Source: Anaerosporobacter mobilis DSM 15930
Lineage (GTDB): Bacteria; Bacillota; Clostridia; Lachnospirales; Lachnospiraceae
Assembly (NCBI RefSeq): GCF_900142955.1
Contig: NZ_FRCP01000006.1
Location: forward strand, 232,583-264,582
Reading direction: 5' to 3'
DNA length: 32,000 nucleotides
Every line of letters begins with the position of its first letter. Position 1 is the stretch's first letter. Shown here piece after piece: positions 15,383 to 24,145 of the stretch. The notes below the pieces were generated by a model. That model was given only the letters and a program-made list of their open reading frames with translations, was not told the DNA's origin and searched no databases. A program made the translations under genes and the position numbers.

Positions 15383-17074
15383 TCACATATTAATCTTGAG
15401 ATACCAATACCCGAATTCTCCAGTCTTTTGTTCTACATTCTTAGAACATTTAAACTGTGCAAATCCGAACATCTTTGCCATAAACTTCTCACGATTTTGG
15501 AAAACTCCAGGCACACCAAGGATATATTCTTCACCATCTATTACTTTCCGCTTTGCAAAAATTAGGTGGCGGAAGTTATAGTATCCATGAAGTAAAAAAC
15601 TATTGTTTCCAAGGACCCAATTTTCTATTGGAAATAATCCAATATCTCCCGGCTCTATTCTAACACATGCAACAATCTCATCGTCCTCAAAAGGATAAAT
15701 AGCTGGGTACTTCTGTAAGATTCTTTCAGCTGTTGAGGTTTTCTTCTTCGCTACCTCTTCAAGACGCTCATTCCATTCCTTCTCAGTATTCGCTTCATAG
15801 AAGGATTGTTCCTCTTCAAACAGAGTTTTTCCATATTCCTCACTAGTCAATGTTGCCGCGACTTCTTCCTCTTCGTTCTCTTTTTGGTCTTCCTGTTCAT
15901 ACATCTTTGCACCAATATCATTTGCTTCATTAACTAGAATTTCTTCGTTTTCAAATTCTACATTTTCTTCGATTTCTACATTTTCCTCGAGTTCTATATT
16001 CTCTTCAAGTTCTATATTCTCTTCAAGTTCTATATTCTCTTCTACTTCTACATTTTCTACTAGTTCTACAGCCCCTTCTTCATTATCAACTCCTTCTGTC
16101 ACTCTTGCTTCTTGTTGAAGGTATTGATTATCGGCATTCGCAACATTAACCTTGGCATCTACAACCGGAAATCCAGTTTCTTGGCTCCGATACCAATTGA
16201 TAAACCGATACCCCACTAATTTGGCTGTCTCTGGTGTTATACTATCCTCTATCTCATTAATTATATTCGTCGTAGTCTTAGGCTCATCATCTAACTCTGC
16301 TCCCTGCAACTCTAATTTTGCTTTCTTTTTTGTGTTTGTCTTTCGTTTTGTTTTCGTATCATTCTGACTATTACAAAAAAGTTCCCACCCACTATCAATA
16401 CTCTTCAATATACTTTGAACGATTTCTTCCTGGCTCTTACTAATTGCGTCTTCGGCTTCTTTTTTTTGTCTAATATATGTAATTTCATCTCTAGGAACCT
16501 CAATAATCTTCGGCTCTGGCATTACCTCTTTGATTACTTTTTTGTTTGTTCCCTTATTAAATTCTATATTAACAACTTTTTCATTCAGAGAATTCTCTTT
16601 TTCTGCTATCTTCATGTTGTCTTTGTTTTCTTCTGTAACAGTATCCTTACCTTTAGTTTTCCAACTTTCCATCTCGTCCCATTCATATAGGTGTGTCAGC
16701 ATAATTGGTTGGTCGTCCCATTCAGTCGCAAAATACTTATCCTTAGAGTAATATAAAAGCACCCCACCTAACTGGTCAAAATTGTGTCCCGTATTCATAA
16801 TATTACTTGCACTCGTGATTCCCTTCCACTCAAATCCCCCATTCTTAACCCCTGATTCTGCTAATAGGATTTGAATCATTTTCTTATTTTCACGATAGAA
16901 TGCATATATCCGTAACTTCTGTCCATTTAGGCTGGCTGCCTTTATGTTAATTGAAATCCTACATTGACCGTTCCTGAGTTCAATCTTAGCAAAGCCAACA
17001 TTACTCTTTTTTATACCCTTTTCATAATTATAAATATACGAAATCAGTCGTTTATATTCTGACATCCCACTCAT
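15383..17074 (-). CDS. Uncharacterised protein with conserved-looking N- and C-terminal globular domains and an acidic repeat linker
   Basis: 563-aa ORF. The second ATG at 17065 is better spaced from the RBS GGAAGG. The middle of the protein is Lys/Glu-rich and contains (EN[IV]E[LIV]E)n. Its stop codon TGA (15385-15383) abuts the TAA of the convergent GNAT gene (15380-15382). Confidence 0.75.
   Translation of the reverse strand: MSGMSEYKRLISYIYNYEKGIKKSNVGFAKIELRNGQCRISINIKAASLNGQKLRIYAFYRENKKMIQILLAESGVKNGGFEWKGITSASNIMNTGHNFDQLGGVLLYYSKDKYFATEWDDQPIMLTHLYEWDEMESWKTKGKDTVTEENKDNMKIAEKENSLNEKVVNIEFNKGTNKKVIKEVMPEPKIIEVPRDEITYIRQKKEAEDAISKSQEEIVQSILKSIDSGWELFCNSQNDTKTKRKTNTKKKAKLELQGAELDDEPKTTTNIINEIEDSITPETAKLVGYRFINWYRSQETGFPVVDAKVNVANADNQYLQQEARVTEGVDNEEGAVELVENVEVEENIELEENIELEENIELEENVEIEENVEFENEEILVNEANDIGAKMYEQEDQKENEEEEVAATLTSEEYGKTLFEEEQSFYEANTEKEWNERLEEVAKKKTSTAERILQKYPAIYPFEDDEIVACVRIEPGDIGLFPIENWVLGNNSFLLHGYYNFRHLIFAKRKVIDGEEYILGVPGVFQNREKFMAKMFGFAQFKCSKNVEQKTGEFGYWYLKINM
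15950..16057. repeat. In-frame 18-bp tandem repeat, 6 units (three central units identical), encoding EN(I/V)E(L/I/V)E
   Basis: The unit ttcaagttctatattctc occurs at 16004-16021 and 16022-16039. A near-identical copy lies at 15986-16003, and diverged copies lie at 15950-15985 and 16040-16057. Confidence 0.9.
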
Positions 17075-17165
17075 CCTTCCTTTTTGGCCATCATAAAGAA
17101 AAGCGCAATTACTTATGCTTTATATATATTCAAAAAGGTTGTCCTTTATGTTAGGAATCTATTAA

Positions 17166-18047
17166 TTAACTGCGATATAGTCGACTAATTATATTACTTA
17201 ATTCTGCAAATTGTTCCAAATCAAGTGCTTCCCCACGAATTGTCGGCGAAACTCCAAGCTCTTCGATTGCTTGTGCAATGACTTCTTTTGGTAGATGAAT
17301 CTCTGGAGAATTGTTAAGTCCATTCACTAGAGTCTTTCTTCTTTGATTAAAAGATGCACGAATTAAGCGAAACATTAACTTCTCATCTTCAACATGTACT
17401 GGTATTTCCTTATGGGTTGTAAGACGTATTACTGCCGAACCAACATTAGGTCTTGGGATAAAGCAGTTAGGGGGCACATTCGCTACGATATATGGTTCTG
17501 CATAATATTGTACCGCAAGGGATAACGCTCCATAATCCTTTGTTCCTGGACCAACTTGCATACGATCCGCAACTTCCTTTTGTACCATTACTGTGATATT
17601 GTCAATTGGTACATGACTTTCGAATAACCCCATAATAATCGGTGTTGTTATATAATATGGTAGGTTCGCTACTACTTTAATTGGTCTTCCTTGGTTCTTC
17701 TCCATTGCAAGTTGATTAATATCAACTTTAAGGATGTCTTTATTTATAACTGTTACATTATCATACTCTGATAACGTATCTTTAAGAATAGGTATTAACG
17801 CTGTATCAATTTCCACAGCAATAACTTCTCTGGCATTCTCACATAAGTACTGAGTCATAGATCCAATACCAGGTCCGATCTCTAATACCAAATCGTCTTT
17901 TGTTACACCAGCAGCTGTCACAATCCTTTCTAGCACATGTGTATCAATTAAGAAATTCTGTCCGAATTTCTTCTGGAATGCGAAATTATACTTCTTTATT
18001 GCTTCTATCGTATTCTGTGGATTTGCTAATTTGTTACTGTGATCCAT
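17166..18047 (-). CDS. rsmA: 16S rRNA (adenine1518/1519-N6)-dimethyltransferase
   Basis: 293 aa. It has the FGQNFL motif, the SAM-binding motif LEIGPGIGSMT, and NLPYYITTPI. Confidence 0.92.
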   Translation of the reverse strand: MDHSNKLANPQNTIEAIKKYNFAFQKKFGQNFLIDTHVLERIVTAAGVTKDDLVLEIGPGIGSMTQYLCENAREVIAVEIDTALIPILKDTLSEYDNVTVINKDILKVDINQLAMEKNQGRPIKVVANLPYYITTPIIMGLFESHVPIDNITVMVQKEVADRMQVGPGTKDYGALSLAVQYYAEPYIVANVPPNCFIPRPNVGSAVIRLTTHKEIPVHVEDEKLMFRLIRASFNQRRKTLVNGLNNSPEIHLPKEVIAQAIEELGVSPTIRGEALDLEQFAELSNIISRLYRS

Positions 18048-18068
18048 TCAATTATCCTCTTTGCTTTC

Positions 18069-18833
18069 TTATAAACGATATAATTTTGTTGCGTTTTTCC
18101 TTGTAAGTTCAATTACTTCATCTGTCTCAAGACCTTTGATTCTTGCGATTTCTTCTACGACATTGGGTAGATATAGAGAAGAATTTCTCTTACCTCTGTT
18201 TGGTTCTGGTGCTAGATAAGGGCAATCGGTCTCTAATACAATACTATCTATCGGTGCATACTCTACAACTTCTTTTATTATCCTAGCATTTTTAAACGTT
18301 ACCACGCCACCAATGCCAAGGTAAAATCCCATATTAAGATATTCTCTCGCCATATCCACGGAGTAAGAGAAACAATGAATTACACCTGAGATATCGCCCG
18401 CATGAGCTGCTTTCATCATATCGAATGTATCTTTCGCAGCATCTCGACTATGAATGATTATAGGCAATTTAACTTCTCTTGCTAATTCCATCTGACGATC
18501 AAACCACCTTTTTTGCGTATCACGATCAGGTTCATCCCAGTAATAGTCTAATCCGATTTCTCCTATAGCAACTATTTTCGGCATATTTGCTAATTCTTTC
18601 AAACGTTCTATTTTCGTTTCATCTAATTCCATCGTACTACTTGGGTGAACCCCAACAGCACCATAAACAAAAGGAAATTGTTCCGTAAGTTTAAGAGTCT
18701 GCTCCGAAGTCTTCATATCTGCGCCTACATTCACTATCAACTCTATTCCACTATCTTGCATTGAATTCAAAATCTCTTCTCGATCTATATCAAATTGTTC
18801 ATCATCATAATGTGCATGTGTATCTATTATCAT
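18069..18833 (-). CDS. tatD: TatD-family metal-dependent DNase/hydrolase (YabD-like)
   Basis: 254 aa. Motifs are IDTHAH, GEIGLDY, IIHSRDA and LETDCPYL. It ends 21 nt upstream of rsmA, so the two are probably an operon. Confidence 0.88.
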   Translation of the reverse strand: MIIDTHAHYDDEQFDIDREEILNSMQDSGIELIVNVGADMKTSEQTLKLTEQFPFVYGAVGVHPSSTMELDETKIERLKELANMPKIVAIGEIGLDYYWDEPDRDTQKRWFDRQMELAREVKLPIIIHSRDAAKDTFDMMKAAHAGDISGVIHCFSYSVDMAREYLNMGFYLGIGGVVTFKNARIIKEVVEYAPIDSIVLETDCPYLAPEPNRGKRNSSLYLPNVVEEIARIKGLETDEVIELTRKNATKLYRL

Positions 18834-18990
18834 TATTAGCCTCCATCGACTTTAGCTGACGGCACTAAGTTCCATTATTCATCGTCTTAGGTCAACAGCT
18901 TCGTTAACTTTTCCTACGTAATTTTCATTCCTTATTATAACCAAGTAACCTATAAGTTACAAGTAAATTAGGAAACAAAGCAGATTAGCA

Positions 18991-19026
18991 GAAAAAAGAA
19001 GAGACCATTTAATAAGTCTCTTCTTT
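18991..19026 (-). terminator. Rho-independent terminator after metG
   Basis: Minus strand: AAGAAGAGAC-TTATTAAATG-GTCTCTTCTT followed by TTTTTCTGC. Confidence 0.75.
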
Positions 19027-19041
19027 CATTACAAACTAACA

Positions 19042-21003
19042 TTAGCAGATTTCTGCTCCTGATGGCATCTTCTTCTCAGGTATCATAAGTGCTAATTCGC
19101 CATTCTCATCTTCTGCGCATAAAAGCATACCTTCCGATAATACACCTGCTAATTTAGCTGGTTTTAAGTTTACTAATACCATAACTTTCTTACCAACCAT
19201 CTCTTCTGCTGTGTAGTGTGCTTTAATTCCTGATACAATTTGTTTTACTTGGCTACCAATCTTAACTTGTGAACAAAGTAGTTTCTTTGATTTCTTCACT
19301 TCTTCACATGCAATGATTTCTCCAACTTGGAATTGCATCTTCATAAAGTCATCGTATTCTATTTCCGCTTTTGCCTCAATATCAATCACTGGTTCTTCCT
19401 CTTTTTGTGGAGAAACCTCTTTCAACTGTGCTTCTTTCATCTCTTCTACTTTCTTCATAACTTCTTCTAAATCAAGTCTCATAAATAAGATTTCTGGAGC
19501 ATCAGTAACCTTATTACCCGATGGATATTTACCATACTCTTTCATCTCTTCTATTGAACGCACACTGGTATTTAATTGGCTAAGAATCTTTGATGCTGTT
19601 TCTGGCATGAATGATTCTAATAAACTTGCACCAATACAGATAGATTCTACTAAGTTATATAAAACTGTTTCTAATCTTTCTTTCTTACTTTCCTCTTTCG
19701 CAAGTGCCCAAGGCATTGTTTCATCAATGTATTTGTTACAACGTTTGAATAAAGTGAAGATTTCAGAAATTGCGTCCGCAACACGTAATTTATCCATCTT
19801 CTCTACAACCTTATTCGGAGTTTGTAAAGCTAGCGTAATTAACTCATCATCAACATCTTCTTTTACGTTTGTATTCGTAACTACACCGCCAAAGTATTTG
19901 TTTGACATAGAGATCGTACGGTTAACTAAGTTACCAAGTGTGTTAGCTAGATCAGAATTCATTCTCTCAACCATAAGTTCCCATGTAATAACACCATCAT
20001 TATCAAATGGCATCTCATGTAAAACAAAATAACGAACCGCATCTACGCCAAAGAAATCAACTAGATCATCTGGATAAAGTACATTTCCTTTGGATTTACT
20101 CATCTTACCATCACCTTGTAATAACCAAGGATGACCAAATATTTGCTTTGGTAATGGTAATTCAAGTGCCATTAACATGATTGGCCAATAGATTGTATGG
20201 AAACGCAAGATATCTTTACCAATTAAGTGAAGATCTGCTGGCCAATACTTACCATAGTTCTCTTCATTGTTACCATCTACATCATAACCAAGCCCTGTGA
20301 TATAGTTGCTTAGTGCATCAAGCCATACATATACCACGTGTCTATCATCAAAATCTACTGGGATACCCCATTTGAAGGATGTTCGAGATACACATAAATC
20401 TTGAAGCCCTGCTAAGATGAAGTTGTTCATCATCTCATTCTTTCTTGATTCTGGTTGGATAAATTCTGGATGTGTATTAATATGCTCTATTAAACGGTCT
20501 GTGTAATTGCTTAATTTTAGGAAATAGGCTTCTTCTTTGGCTGGTTGACATTCTCTTCCACAGTCAGGACATTTCCCATCTACTAATTGAGAAGAAGTAA
20601 AGAAAGATTCACATGGAGTACAATACATACCTTCATAGAAACCTTTATAGATATCCCCTTTGTCATATAATTTCTTAAAAATCTTCTGTACTTGTTTCTC
20701 GTGATCCTTATCCGTTGTACGAACGAATTTGTCATAAGAAGTATTCATAAGATCCCAAATTCCTCTGATTTGGCCAGCCACACCATCTACGAACTCTTGT
20801 GGTGTGATACCTGCATCTTCTGCTTTTAACTCGATTTTTTGACCATGTTCATCTGTTCCTGTCTGGAAGTACACATCAAATCCCTGTGCACGTTTGAATC
20901 TTGCGATACTATCTGCTAATACGATTTCATACGTATTACCGATATGTGGTTTTCCTGATGTGTAGGCAATTGCAGTACTAATATAATACGGTTTTTTACT
21001 CAT
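19042..21003 (-). CDS. metG: Methionine--tRNA ligase with a C-terminal Trbp111/EMAP-like tRNA-binding domain
   Basis: 653 aa. It has the class I motifs GKPHIGN and KMSKSKGN, the zinc knuckles CTPCESF...CPDCGRE, and a C-terminal OB-fold (VGEIIACEEVKKSKKLLCSQVKIG). RBS AGGAGG. Confidence 0.95.
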   Translation of the reverse strand: MSKKPYYISTAIAYTSGKPHIGNTYEIVLADSIARFKRAQGFDVYFQTGTDEHGQKIELKAEDAGITPQEFVDGVAGQIRGIWDLMNTSYDKFVRTTDKDHEKQVQKIFKKLYDKGDIYKGFYEGMYCTPCESFFTSSQLVDGKCPDCGRECQPAKEEAYFLKLSNYTDRLIEHINTHPEFIQPESRKNEMMNNFILAGLQDLCVSRTSFKWGIPVDFDDRHVVYVWLDALSNYITGLGYDVDGNNEENYGKYWPADLHLIGKDILRFHTIYWPIMLMALELPLPKQIFGHPWLLQGDGKMSKSKGNVLYPDDLVDFFGVDAVRYFVLHEMPFDNDGVITWELMVERMNSDLANTLGNLVNRTISMSNKYFGGVVTNTNVKEDVDDELITLALQTPNKVVEKMDKLRVADAISEIFTLFKRCNKYIDETMPWALAKEESKKERLETVLYNLVESICIGASLLESFMPETASKILSQLNTSVRSIEEMKEYGKYPSGNKVTDAPEILFMRLDLEEVMKKVEEMKEAQLKEVSPQKEEEPVIDIEAKAEIEYDDFMKMQFQVGEIIACEEVKKSKKLLCSQVKIGSQVKQIVSGIKAHYTAEEMVGKKVMVLVNLKPAKLAGVLSEGMLLCAEDENGELALMIPEKKMPSGAEIC

Positions 21004-21107
21004 GTAATCATTCCTCCTGATAACTTAATAATAATTTTGTTTTAATTGGAGAGGCAAAATACTATTCATAAACTTACTTGTGCTTGTGTATGGACAAAGT
21101 AGTAAAT

Positions 21108-21385
21108 GCAAAACTCTCAATATGTTAAACTGCTTCTTAGCTAACGTACTATAACTAAAAAATGATAGCAAAGCACTGCTAGTACTTCTTAGTGTGTACT
21201 AGATAGTCTAGGAAGGCGAGGCATGGAAGCCGAGCCAGCCAGAGCTGAGGCAGGATGCCGAATCGAAGGCGTTTCCGCACCTATTGCAAAAACCTCTGTA
21301 CACACATAGAAGTACTAAAGTGCTAGCGTGTTTTGTGTTATAGTACGTTAGCTTAGAAGCTCTATTAAAGTGTATCGAGTTTTGC
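21108..21385. repeat. 278-bp long imperfect palindrome (arms about 90 nt) around a 98-nt GC-rich core; MITE-like or a structured RNA insert in the metG leader
   Basis: I compared the left arm with the reverse complement of the right arm.
- The outermost 9 nt, gcaaaactc, pair perfectly: 21108-21116 with 21377-21385.
- gcttcttagctaacgtactataac pairs with gttatagtacgttagcttagaagc at 23 of 24 positions.
- cactgctagtacttcttagtgtgtac pairs with gtacacacatagaagtactaaagtg.
- The core, 21200-21297 (ggaaggcgaggcatggaagccgagccagccagagctgaggcaggatgccgaatcgaaggcg...), is far more GC-rich than its surroundings. Confidence 0.8.
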
Positions 21386-21404
21386 TGTTAACGAATCTAT
21401 TTAA

Positions 21405-21775
21405 GGCAAAAAAAATACGCCCTTAAGGAAATCCTATGATTTCGTTTAAAGACGAGATGAAGTCTCGTGATACCACTTTAATTCTTCTATTTTTCACAAA
21501 ATAGAACTTAACAACTGCTAACTACGCTATACAGGCTTTGTTATCCATTAAGTAATGTTAAACTAGCGTCGATGCCTTAGCAACAGTCTTGCATGGTAAC
21601 GGTTGCAGATTCCCGTCATTCCCTAAAGAGTATACACGTAAAATCCGTATAACTCATTCAGAAACGAAGCTCCAAGACCATCTTCCATACGCTTAGCAAT
21701 TACCCTTTCTCAGCTAACAGGGTTCTCTGTTAATGATTTACGCATGTACTCTTCTCTTCACAGCATTTTCATATT
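21405..21775 (-). promoter_or_regulatory. T-box riboswitch leader (Met-specific candidate) with intrinsic terminator
   Basis: All elements are read on the minus strand:
- AGAGA bulge plus a distal-loop GCTGAGA.
- AUG triplets in the specifier region (GCGTATGGAAG and GAATGAGTT).
- F-box-like CCGTTACCA.
- T-box sequence AATTAAAGTGGTATCACGAG (about 21463-21483).
- Terminator CGTCTTTAAACGAAATC-ATA-GGATTTCCTTAAGGGCG (21418-21454) followed by TATTTTTTTTG. Confidence 0.8.
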
Positions 21776-21782
21776 AATAAGT

Positions 21783-21811
21783 AGTATAGCATTCCCATAC
21801 ATTAATGTCAA
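21783..21811 (-). promoter_or_regulatory. Sigma-A promoter driving the T-box leader and metG
   Basis: Minus strand: TTGACA (21811-21806), 17-nt spacer, TATACT (21788-21783). Confidence 0.65.
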
Positions 21812-22085
21812 AATAATTTTCCTTCCTGTTAGTATCTGTAAAAAACAAATATCTATTCGAATTGTTTCTATTTACTTTCTTTTACTAATATATTAATATA
21901 CACTATGTATGCTAATCTATTGCTAACTATTCAGCTTGACTTTTCTTAAAAGTTTGTGAATAGTCTAGTTTTAATGAAATTCCTGACATACTACAATCAG
22001 GAGTGGATACTATTAATAGTAAGGAACAGGTTTGTGTCTACGCCACAAACTTGTCAAGAAAAACAGCGTAGGCATGGAGGTAACT

Positions 22086-23837
22086 ATGAAGAAATACAAG
22101 AAATTGTATCTACTACTCACACTTATTGTTTTCTTATTCGCCTTGACAGGCTGTGATAAGGGTAAGAGTGCTGCTCAAACACAAGAGGAATTCGACGCTT
22201 TATCGAATGAAGTTTTCTTAGATAATGTACAAAGCGACAGCATAACTCTTAATTATACGTTAGCAAATCCCGAAAAATATGGTATTACCAATTACAAACC
22301 AACCCTTGGTGATTTTACATTAGAAGCCATGAAGGAAAGCCTCGCCAAAAGCGAAAATTACGCAGCACGTTTGAAAGCAATTGATTACAAAAAACTTACT
22401 GATGACCAAAAACTCACCTATGATGTTATGAAGGACTATTATAAGGTCGATGATAATGCAGAAGATTTACTTTTGTATTATGAAGTATTAAGTCCAACTG
22501 TTGGATTACAAGCACAACTTCCTATCTTATATGCCGAATATAGCTTCTACGACAAAGATGATATTGATGCATACCTGGAATTACTACCATGTACATATGA
22601 TTACTTTAATCAAATAATTGAATTTGAGAAACTAAAGTCAGATGCTGGTCTTTTCATGAGTGATCGAAGTGCAGATGATATTATTAAACAATGTGAAGCG
22701 TTAATAGCCGATAAAGAAAACAACTTCCTTATTACCGTTTTCAACGATAAGGTGAAACAATATGATGGCTTAACCAAAGATGAAATCAAAACTTATCAAG
22801 AAAAGAACAAAGACGCTGTAATAAACTATGTAATTCCGGCTTATCAACTAATTATTGACGGATTAAAAAGTCTAAAAGGTACCGGTACAAACGAAGGTGG
22901 TTTATGCAATCTTGATAAAGGGAAAGAATATTACAAATCATTAGTTCGTACGGAAACAGGATCGAATCGTAGTGTAGAGGAATTAATCAAGCTTCTTGAT
23001 AAATACATGGATAAGAATATCGCAAGTATGCAAACCTTACTTGCAAAGGATGCTTCTCTTCTAGATCAGGCAAGTAACCCTTCTTATCCAATGACAGATC
23101 CTGAAGAGATTCTCACTTATCTTCAAGATGCAATTAAGGATCGTTTTCCTGATATGGATAAAGTAAATTACACGATTAAATATGTTCATAAATCTCTTGA
23201 AGATTTTATAAGCCCTGCCTTCTACCTTACTCCTGCTATTGACAATTACGAAGATAATTCAATCTATATCAATGGCAGTGACAAGTTCGACTTATCACAA
23301 ATCTTCACAACGTTAGCACATGAGGGGTACCCAGGACATCTATTCCAAAACGTATATTATGCTCAGCAAAATCCCGCTCCAATCCGTAGCACTATGAACT
23401 TTGGGGGATATTCAGAAGGTTGGGCAACTTATGTTGAAATGATATCCTATCATATGGCTGGTATCGATGATAACTTAGCAAGCCTTCTTGAAGAAAACAA
23501 TGCTGTTATTCTTATGATGTATGCCAGAGCTGATATTGGTATTAACTACGAAGGTTGGTCTAGAAAAGAATCTGATGAGTATCTCAAAGGCATGCTCGGA
23601 ATAACAGATGAAGAAACATTGGATCAATTCTATATCTCTATGGTTGAAGAACCCGCTAACTATCTACAATATACAATTGGATATATTGAACTGATGGAGT
23701 TACGTAATAAAGCTGAAAAAGCATTAGAGGATAAATTCTCAGAAAAAGACTTTCATGAATTCATTCTAAAGACTGGTCCAAGTCAATTTTTTGTAATCGA
23801 TAAATATCTTGATAAGTGGATAAACTCCGCTAAATAG
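22086..23837 (+). CDS. DUF885-family lipoprotein (putative metallopeptidase-like)
   Basis: The track ORF begins at 22032. I prefer ATG 22086 (GGAGG 5 nt upstream), which gives MKKYKKLYLLLTLIVFLFALTGC, a signal peptide with the lipobox LTGC. The AHEGYPGHLFQ motif is characteristic of DUF885. Confidence 0.8.
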   Translation: MKKYKKLYLLLTLIVFLFALTGCDKGKSAAQTQEEFDALSNEVFLDNVQSDSITLNYTLANPEKYGITNYKPTLGDFTLEAMKESLAKSENYAARLKAIDYKKLTDDQKLTYDVMKDYYKVDDNAEDLLLYYEVLSPTVGLQAQLPILYAEYSFYDKDDIDAYLELLPCTYDYFNQIIEFEKLKSDAGLFMSDRSADDIIKQCEALIADKENNFLITVFNDKVKQYDGLTKDEIKTYQEKNKDAVINYVIPAYQLIIDGLKSLKGTGTNEGGLCNLDKGKEYYKSLVRTETGSNRSVEELIKLLDKYMDKNIASMQTLLAKDASLLDQASNPSYPMTDPEEILTYLQDAIKDRFPDMDKVNYTIKYVHKSLEDFISPAFYLTPAIDNYEDNSIYINGSDKFDLSQIFTTLAHEGYPGHLFQNVYYAQQNPAPIRSTMNFGGYSEGWATYVEMISYHMAGIDDNLASLLEENNAVILMMYARADIGINYEGWSRKESDEYLKGMLGITDEETLDQFYISMVEEPANYLQYTIGYIELMELRNKAEKALEDKFSEKDFHEFILKTGPSQFFVIDKYLDKWINSAK

Positions 23838-23867
23838 CAATAAGATTCAATCTATATAAAATTTCTT

Positions 23868-23940
23868 AAAGCACTTAATAAGTAAAAGCATAGTATTTGG
23901 TAATTAGAATACTAATTTTTACTTATTCAAGTGCTTTTTG
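23868..23940 (+). terminator. Long-stem rho-independent terminator after the DUF885 gene
   Basis: aaagcacttaataagtaaaa pairs with ttttacttatt(c)aagtgcttt, with an inner tagtatt/aatacta hairpin, followed by TTTTTG. Confidence 0.75.
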
Positions 23941-24145
23941 TGTATAATCTGTTAGAATTTAATAATCTCCATTTTCTACATCTTTTATCTCCAAATATCT
24001 CACTATTTATGTACGGACTAGTTTGTTATAACTATTATACAAGGTCAATGGGTTGGAGTTAGCAACTTCCCTCCAATTCAAGTGGTTGGATTTGATATTG
24101 TCAATCACTCATTTGCCAAGTACATACTAAGGAGGTATTATACTA

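Noticed and set aside
15950-16057. Regular 18-bp repeats considered as a possible CRISPR-like array; the same question applies to 1185-1285.
   Set aside because: The units are contiguous with no spacers, far shorter than CRISPR repeats, and in frame within coding sequence, where they encode acidic hexapeptides.
19313-20032. 239-aa plus-strand ORF.
   Set aside because: It is antisense to metG, which has unmistakable class I synthetase motifs. The translation is Ser-rich and low in complexity, with no RBS.
21222-21308. 27-codon ORF (MEAEPARAEAGCRIEGVSAPIAKTSVHT) inside the GC-rich core of the palindrome.
   Set aside because: It has no RBS, is very short, and lies on the strand opposite local transcription. 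An RNA or DNA structural explanation is more parsimonious.
22032-22085. Upstream start for the DUF885 ORF, and the overlapping 66-aa ORF at 21956-22156.
   Set aside because: ATG 22086 has a GGAGG RBS and produces a canonical lipoprotein signal peptide. The upstream extension (MCLRHKLVKKNSVGMEVT) has no RBS.
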